Assembly (NCBI GenBank): GCA_027859235.1
Contig: JAQIBE010000263.1
Location: 3,568-67,567 of the forward strand
DNA: 64,000 nucleotides
Direction: 5' to 3'
Origin: Desulfobulbaceae bacterium
GTDB taxonomy: Bacteria > Desulfobacterota > Desulfobulbia > Desulfobulbales > SURF-16
A model generated the notes under the pieces. That model saw nothing but the letters and a program-made list of their open reading frames with translations. It was not told the DNA's origin and ran no database searches. Shown one piece after another: positions 57,930 to 64,000 of this stretch (its first letter is position 1; each line of letters opens with the position of its first letter). A program made the translations under genes and the position numbers.

Positions 57930-60900
57930 ATGCTGCTAAGTGAAATATTCGAGAAACCGGTAGATCGGTCTATAGAAGGTGTTATCAAGGCTGATGATGA
58001 AGCCAGTCTGCGCCTGGAGGTAGAGGAATACGTTCTCACCAACGAGGTTGCGCAACGGCTGGAAAGTTTTCTTGACGCCTATAAAAACTATGACGGTGCA
58101 AACGGCGTCTGGGTGTCTGGTTTCTTTGGTTCCGGAAAATCGCATCTCCTGAAGATCCTCGCCCTGCTCCTTGAAAATCGCTCCATTGACGGCACACCCG
58201 TCCTCGACCTGTTTCTTCCTAAATGTGCGGATAATGAAATTCTGCGCGGTGACCTTAAACGGGCCGTAGAAATCCCCTCTAAATCCATCCTCTTTAATAT
58301 TGACCAGAAAGCTGACGTTATCAGCAAAACCCAGTCAGATGCCCTGCTCTCCGTCTTTGTGAAGGTCTTTGATGAAATGTGCGGCTACTACGGCAAGCAT
58401 GGCCATATTGCCCAATTTGAGCGGGATCTTGATGGCCGTGGCCTATATGGCAAATTCAAAGATGCCTATAAAAATATCGCCAAACAGGACTGGACAGCAG
58501 GCCGGGAACAGGCATTGCTCGAGGGTCATAATATAGCCAAAGCCTACTCCCAGGTCACAGACACGGATGAAGAGTCCGCAAAGGGTATCCTTGATAAATA
58601 CCGCAGCGACTACAAGCTCTCCATTGAAGACTTTGCCGAGCAGATTAATACCTATATCGAGCAGCAGGAGGCCAATTTCCGCTTAAACTTTTTTGTTGAT
58701 GAGGTCGGTCAATACGTCGCAGATAACACAAAACTCATGACAAACCTGCAGACCGTGGCAGAAAGTCTGGCCACCAAATGCAGAGGTCGGGCCTGGGTCA
58801 TCGTTACTGCCCAGGAGGTCTTGGATGATGTTGTCGGTGAAATGACCAAAAAACAGGCCAATGACTTTTCCAAGATCCAGGCCCGTTTTGCCAACCGTAT
58901 GAAGCTTACCAGCGCCAATGTAGATGAGGTCATCCAGAAGAGGCTTTTACTTAAAAACGAAAGTGGCGTGGCGACACTATCTGATGTCTACCATGAACAG
59001 GTAAACAATTTTAAAACCCTGTTTGATTTTGGAGACGGCTCCCAAAGCTATAAGAATTTCAAGGACCGGGACCATTTCATCCATGCCTATCCCTTCATCC
59101 CCTATCAGTTCACCCTGTTCCAGGCGGCCATCCAAAGCCTGTCACAACATAATGCCTTTGAGGGCAAGCATAGTTCCGTAGGCGAGCGCTCCATGCTTGG
59201 CGTGTTCCAGCATGTGGCAAAGCATATCGCTAACCACAGCATCAGGGAGCTGGCCACCTTTGACCTGATGTTTGAAGGAATCCGCACTGCCCTGAAGGCT
59301 CAGATCCAGAGGGCTGTTCTCAACTCAGAACAACACCTGGGCGATGAGTTTGCCGTCCGTGTCCTCAAGGCACTGTTTCTAGTGAAGTATGTCAAGTCGT
59401 TCAAGGCCACTGTTCGTAACATCAGCATCCTCATGCTGGACAATTTTGACCGCAACATCACTGATCTGCATAAACAGGTGGAAGCGGCCCTGAACCTCCT
59501 TGAACAGCAAACCTATATCCAGCGCAATGGTGAGTTGTATGAGTTCCTTACCAATGAAGAAAAGGATGTGGAGCAGGAGGTCAAAAATACGGACGTTGAA
59601 AACTCGGACGTTTCAGAAGAGCTGGTCAAACTCGTGTTTGATTACCCCTTAAAGTCAAGAAAGATCCGTTACGATGACAATGGCCAGGATTATGCTTTTG
59701 CCCGTAAACTCGATGACCGCTTATGCGGCAAAGACCATGAGCTCACCATCCATATCATCAGCCCGTTTCATGAGCAGGTCGATAATGAAACCACCCTTGC
59801 CATGCAGTCCATGGCCAAAGATGAACTGCTGGTTATCATGCCCGCCGATGATCGTTTCCTCCATGATCTGCTCCTCTATAAAAAGACCGACAAATATGTC
59901 CGTCTGAATATGACCCAGACCCAGCAGGAGGCGATTGGACGGATTCTTACCGAGAAGAGTTTTCAGAACCGTGAGCGCTACAAGGCTCTGCAGGATAGAG
60001 CCAAGGATCTGCTCGGCAAGGCAAAGCTCATTATCAACTTGAAACCCCTTGAGTTAAGCAGTACTGACCCACAGACCAGAATTACTCAGGGTTTTTATGA
60101 TCTGCTTCGCCGCACCTATCCCAACCTGAACATGCTGCGGGGGATCAAATACAGCGAGAATGATATAGCGACGTGCCTTAAACCGTCTGGGGCGACACTC
60201 TTCGGCGGTGATGAGAAAATGATGAGTGAGGCAGAGCACGAAATGTTCTCCTTTATCCAGGGCAATAGCCGCAATGGTGTGCGGACAACTCTGAAAAGCC
60301 TGGTGGAGCGCTTCGAGAAGAAGCCGTACGGCTGGTACTTTGCCGCCATCCTCTGTATCACGGCCAAACTCTGCGCCCGTGAAAAGATTGAGGTCAAATC
60401 CGATTCAAATCCTCTGGAAGATACGGCTTTAGAAAAGGCCCTGCGTAACAGTCAGGGCCATGGAAATATCATCCTTGATCCCCAGATTGATTTTACAACC
60501 TCCCAGGTCCGGCAATTAAAGGAGTTTTATGAAGACTTCTTTGATGCCCCCCCCAAAGCAAACGAGGCCAAACCCCTGGGCAAAGAGACTGGCGCAGCAT
60601 TCAAAGAACTTCTGCAGGCCTTGGAGCCAATGGCAGGCATGGTCTCACACTACCCGTTCTTGACAGTGCTGAAAGAACCCATCAGTCAGCTTCGAGAGCT
60701 TGTTGGCAAAGAGTATAGCTTCTACCTGACCGCCCTTGCCAAGCTTGAAGATAATCTCCTCGACATGAAGGACAATGTGCTGGAACCGGTGCGGCGCTTC
60801 ATGTCAGGCCAGCCCAAAGATATCTATGACGAGAGCAAGCGTTTTCTTGAAGAGCAGAATGCCAATTTCTCAGATCTTCAAGGTGATGAGGGCCAGCAGA

Positions 60901-61472
60901 TAAGTGATATCCTGGCAGACAAGGACTGCTTTAAGGGCAACAAGATGCAACAGCTCAAAGGCCTGGTTGACAAGCTGAAAGAGCAGATTGCCACCCTTAT
61001 CGAAGAGGAACGAGCAAAAGCCTTAGAGATGGTGCAAACCCTTGCGGATCGGCTTGTCGGCCTGGATGAATTTGCAAATCTTCAACAGGAAGAACAGCAA
61101 AGACTACAAGCGCCCTTCCACAAAATCCAACAGGAACTGCAACAACATAAACTGATTGCCGTTATTCGCGACAGGTTGCGGAGTTTTGAAGAAGGAGAGT
61201 ATTCACGACTACTGGCGGAAGTCGGTCGTTTAGCGCATGCTGCCAAGTCAAAGAACGACAATGGTAAAACAAAACCAGCAGCAACAGCTAAAAGCACCGG
61301 CGGCACGGGTGATACCAGTGAAAAAGAACCGGAATATGTCTTTGGCCGGTCGTTAAAGGTAGATTTCTCCAAACCGATGCTGGTGGATGAGAAAGATGTG
61401 GAACAATACCTCACTATGATGCGAGAAGCCTTACTTAAAGAAATCCATGCTGGCAAACGGATACAGGTATAG
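57930..61472 (+). CDS. brxC: BREX P-loop ATPase BrxC
   Basis: 1180 aa; MLLSEIFEKPVDRSIEGVIKADDEASLRLEVEEYVLTNEVAQRLESFLDAY, GVWVSGFFGSGKSHLLKILALLL. Confidence 0.95.
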   Translation: MLLSEIFEKPVDRSIEGVIKADDEASLRLEVEEYVLTNEVAQRLESFLDAYKNYDGANGVWVSGFFGSGKSHLLKILALLLENRSIDGTPVLDLFLPKCADNEILRGDLKRAVEIPSKSILFNIDQKADVISKTQSDALLSVFVKVFDEMCGYYGKHGHIAQFERDLDGRGLYGKFKDAYKNIAKQDWTAGREQALLEGHNIAKAYSQVTDTDEESAKGILDKYRSDYKLSIEDFAEQINTYIEQQEANFRLNFFVDEVGQYVADNTKLMTNLQTVAESLATKCRGRAWVIVTAQEVLDDVVGEMTKKQANDFSKIQARFANRMKLTSANVDEVIQKRLLLKNESGVATLSDVYHEQVNNFKTLFDFGDGSQSYKNFKDRDHFIHAYPFIPYQFTLFQAAIQSLSQHNAFEGKHSSVGERSMLGVFQHVAKHIANHSIRELATFDLMFEGIRTALKAQIQRAVLNSEQHLGDEFAVRVLKALFLVKYVKSFKATVRNISILMLDNFDRNITDLHKQVEAALNLLEQQTYIQRNGELYEFLTNEEKDVEQEVKNTDVENSDVSEELVKLVFDYPLKSRKIRYDDNGQDYAFARKLDDRLCGKDHELTIHIISPFHEQVDNETTLAMQSMAKDELLVIMPADDRFLHDLLLYKKTDKYVRLNMTQTQQEAIGRILTEKSFQNRERYKALQDRAKDLLGKAKLIINLKPLELSSTDPQTRITQGFYDLLRRTYPNLNMLRGIKYSENDIATCLKPSGATLFGGDEKMMSEAEHEMFSFIQGNSRNGVRTTLKSLVERFEKKPYGWYFAAILCITAKLCAREKIEVKSDSNPLEDTALEKALRNSQGHGNIILDPQIDFTTSQVRQLKEFYEDFFDAPPKANEAKPLGKETGAAFKELLQALEPMAGMVSHYPFLTVLKEPISQLRELVGKEYSFYLTALAKLEDNLLDMKDNVLEPVRRFMSGQPKDIYDESKRFLEEQNANFSDLQGDEGQQISDILADKDCFKGNKMQQLKGLVDKLKEQIATLIEEERAKALEMVQTLADRLVGLDEFANLQQEEQQRLQAPFHKIQQELQQHKLIAVIRDRLRSFEEGEYSRLLAEVGRLAHAAKSKNDNGKTKPAATAKSTGGTGDTSEKEPEYVFGRSLKVDFSKPMLVDEKDVEQYLTMMREALLKEIHAGKRIQV

Positions 61473-61633
61473 AGTAACGCATGTATTGAATTTTATACAC
61501 GCGTGCATTGGCTCGTGTACAAGCGACTTATACGCTTTGGCGCATAAATTTTGCGCCTTTTGCACCCGGCATATACATATTCAGCGGTTCAGGTGGATAC
61601 CGACAGCTGAAAAATACAAACTGGAAACGGTAT

Positions 61634-64000
61634 ATGGAAACATCCTCATTAAAAAAATTCGCCCAGACGGCACGGCAGCAGCTTATTGACCAGGTGGGTG
61701 CACGGCTCAAGCTTGTGCTGCAGATGGATAGTGCTGAGCTTCGTGAGAAGAAAGCGGTGGTCAAGCAGCTGCAGGAGCAGATTGCCGAGACTTCTAAGAA
61801 GGCGGTGATTGAGCGGGTGGCCTATATCTGGTTCAACCGGTTCTGTGCCCTGCGTTTCATGGATGTCAATCGTTATACCCGCATCGGTACGGTGAGCCCG
61901 GCTGAGGGCTTTTCCCAGCCTGAGATCCTGATGGATGCCAAGCAGGGCCATATTGATGATGGGCTGCAGGTGGACAGTAAGAAGATCCTGGATCTTCTGG
62001 GCGGTCAGGTCAAGGCCGCTGATCCCCAGCAGGAGGCCTACCGGTTGCTGCTGGTAGCGGTCTGCAACAGCTATCATCAGTTGATGCCCTTCATGTTTGA
62101 GCGCATTGCTGATTATACCGAACTGTTGATGCCGGAGGACCTGCTTTCGCAGAATTCCGTCCTCCAGGATGTGCGCGGGGCCTTGACCGAGGAGAGCTGC
62201 CAGGATGTTGAGGTGATCGGCTGGCTCTACCAGTTCTATATCTCCGAGAAGAAGGACCAGGTCTTTGCAGGGTTGAAGAACAACAAGAAGATCACCCCGG
62301 AAAATATCCCGGCCGCCACCCAGCTCTTTACCCCGCACTGGATCGTCCGTTACCTGGTGGAAAATTCTCTGGGCAGGTTATGGATGCTCAATCGGCCTGA
62401 CTCCAAGCTCGCCGGGCAGATGGACTATTACATCAGGCCGGAGAAACCGGAAACCGACTTCCTCAAGATCAACTCACCCGAAGAAATAAAAATCTGCGAC
62501 CCGGCCTGCGGCAGCGGCCACATGCTCACCTATGGTTTTGACCTGCTCTCAGCCATCTATGAGGAAGAGGGTTATGACGTCAAGGACATTCCCGGTCTGA
62601 TTCTGACTAAGAACCTGTACGGCATTGAAATTGACGAACGGGCCGGTGAACTGGCCGCCTTTGCCCTGACCATGAAGGCTAGGGAGAAGTACCGCCGTTT
62701 TTTCAGGAAACCCGTGCAGCCCAATATCTGTGTGCTGGAGAATGTCCGATTCGATGAGGGTGAGTTGAAGCCCTATATGGACGTGGTTGGCCGGGATCTG
62801 TTCACCGCCAACCTGCAGACCATGCTCCATCAGTTTCAAGAGGCGGATAATTTCGGTTCCCTGATTCGACCGGAGGTGACCGATGTGGCTCATGTCAGAC
62901 AAGTTATCGACGAGAAAGGGCTTGGTTCAAAACTTTTTTTGGCGCAGACGCACCCCAAGGTTTTAAGGGTGTTGGAGCAGGCTGAGTATCTTAGTCCCCA
63001 ATACCATGTGGTGATCGCCAATCCGCCCTATATGGGCGGTAAGGGGATGAATGGGCGGTTGGGGGTGTGGGCTAAAGACAACTACCCAGACAGCAAATCA
63101 GACCTCTTTGCCATGTTTATCGAACGCAATCTTGATTTGGCACTCCCAGCAGGTGCCGTGGCAATGATCACCATGCAGAGTTGGATGTTTTTGTCCTCCT
63201 TCGAAAAACTGCGCTCTCGACTTCTAGGGAAGAACACCATTCTTTCCATGGCCCATCTTGGCGCTCGTGCCTTTGACAGTATTGGAGGTGAGGTGGTTTC
63301 GACGACTGCTTTCGTGTTGGAAAATGCAAATCAGCCTGAATATAAAGGCAGCTTCCTGCGCCTTGTAGTTGGCAGCTCTGAAGCCTCGAAAAATGCATCC
63401 ATCCGAGAAGCAGTTAAGAATCCTGGCTGCGGTTGGTTCTTCCGCGCCTCTGCCACCGACTTCAAGAAAATCCCCGGAAGTCCGATTGCCTATTGGGTAA
63501 GTAAAAAAGAAATTGAAGGTTATTCTTCTAACGAACTGCTTGGTAACATTTCATCACCACGAAAAGGTTTGGATACTGGTGAAAACGATCAATTTCTTCG
63601 TCTATGGTATGAAATATCGTTGGTTACCGCGTGCCTAACTAATGAAGATCACACAATGAAATGGTTCCCTTATAACAAAGGCGGCGTATTTAGACGCTGG
63701 TATGGGAATCGTGAATATTTAATTAACTGGGAAGATAATGGTGCTGCGATTAAATCACGGTTAAGTTGGACTAGCAAGAAGCCAACTATACGAAATGCTA
63801 ACTATTATTTTCGAGAAGGGTTTACCTGGGGAACTATATCTTCCGGTGGGTTTTCTATTAGATACACTCCTGAAGGCACCCTTTTTGATAATGGAGGATG
63901 TACACTCTTTGCAAATAAATGGCTTTTGAAGATAGGAGCGTTTGCTAATAGTAAGATTATGGCAAGATATTTAAAATTTCTTGCACCGACATTAAATTTT
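61634..64000 (+). CDS. pglX: BREX-1 adenine-specific DNA methyltransferase PglX/BrxX (truncated by window end)
   Basis: METSSLKKFAQTARQQLIDQVGARLKLVL..., FNRFCALRFMDVNRYTRIGTVSPAEGFSQPEIL, DPACGSGHMLTYGFDLL, VIANPPYMGGKGMNGRLGVWAKDNYPDSKSDLFAMF. Absent from the track because no stop lies in the window. Confidence 0.93.
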   Translation, partial: METSSLKKFAQTARQQLIDQVGARLKLVLQMDSAELREKKAVVKQLQEQIAETSKKAVIERVAYIWFNRFCALRFMDVNRYTRIGTVSPAEGFSQPEILMDAKQGHIDDGLQVDSKKILDLLGGQVKAADPQQEAYRLLLVAVCNSYHQLMPFMFERIADYTELLMPEDLLSQNSVLQDVRGALTEESCQDVEVIGWLYQFYISEKKDQVFAGLKNNKKITPENIPAATQLFTPHWIVRYLVENSLGRLWMLNRPDSKLAGQMDYYIRPEKPETDFLKINSPEEIKICDPACGSGHMLTYGFDLLSAIYEEEGYDVKDIPGLILTKNLYGIEIDERAGELAAFALTMKAREKYRRFFRKPVQPNICVLENVRFDEGELKPYMDVVGRDLFTANLQTMLHQFQEADNFGSLIRPEVTDVAHVRQVIDEKGLGSKLFLAQTHPKVLRVLEQAEYLSPQYHVVIANPPYMGGKGMNGRLGVWAKDNYPDSKSDLFAMFIERNLDLALPAGAVAMITMQSWMFLSSFEKLRSRLLGKNTILSMAHLGARAFDSIGGEVVSTTAFVLENANQPEYKGSFLRLVVGSSEASKNASIREAVKNPGCGWFFRASATDFKKIPGSPIAYWVSKKEIEGYSSNELLGNISSPRKGLDTGENDQFLRLWYEISLVTACLTNEDHTMKWFPYNKGGVFRRWYGNREYLINWEDNGAAIKSRLSWTSKKPTIRNANYYFREGFTWGTISSGGFSIRYTPEGTLFDNGGCTLFANKWLLKIGAFANSKIMARYLKFLAPTLNF

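Noticed and set aside
1-64000. CRISPR array
   Set aside because: No regularly spaced direct repeats with unique spacers were seen; the only tandem periodicity is the Asp-codon repeat at about 2840-2990.

Overview
This 64 kb window looks like a Desulfobulbales/Desulfobacterota-type bacterial chromosome; that taxonomic guess is inferred from gene content only. Positions 1-36,000 are ordinary core genome: cinA, glyQ, selC tRNA-Sec, a PPDK-like protein, gap, glgA, aroC/aroK, cytochrome bd genes including an unlisted cydX-like ORF, and the rpmH-rnpA-yidD-yidC-jag-mnmE cluster. At about 36,072 a 3' half of a tRNA-Ser(GCT) marks what looks like the attachment junction of a genomic island that runs to the window end. 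The island carries a D5/primase-like ATPase, a double-AAA ATPase, DUF2958 and C39-like protease genes, a tyrosine recombinase, a very large Avs/STAND-like NTPase, a HEPN-like protein and a BREX operon (HTH-brxA-brxB-brxC-pglX, truncated by the window end). The most striking signal is a local genetic-code change. A minus-strand tRNA at 43521-43612 has anticodon TCA, tRNA-Gly-like acceptor identity (GCGGGCG/CGCCCGC, T73) and an unusual long variable arm. About 1.3 kb away a single reading frame (44954-47056, 700 aa) is interrupted by 20 in-frame TGA codons and no TAA or TAG. It ends at a TAA followed by a terminator hairpin. Translating TGA as Gly gives a coherent exported outer-membrane beta-barrel/Ig-like protein (for example TANGTDADGDNLKIVINGTIYNGTSE). 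TGA is also used as a normal stop in this window, and a canonical tRNA-Sec is present, so TGA may have three meanings in this genome. All family assignments come from motif recognition by eye; no database search was run.
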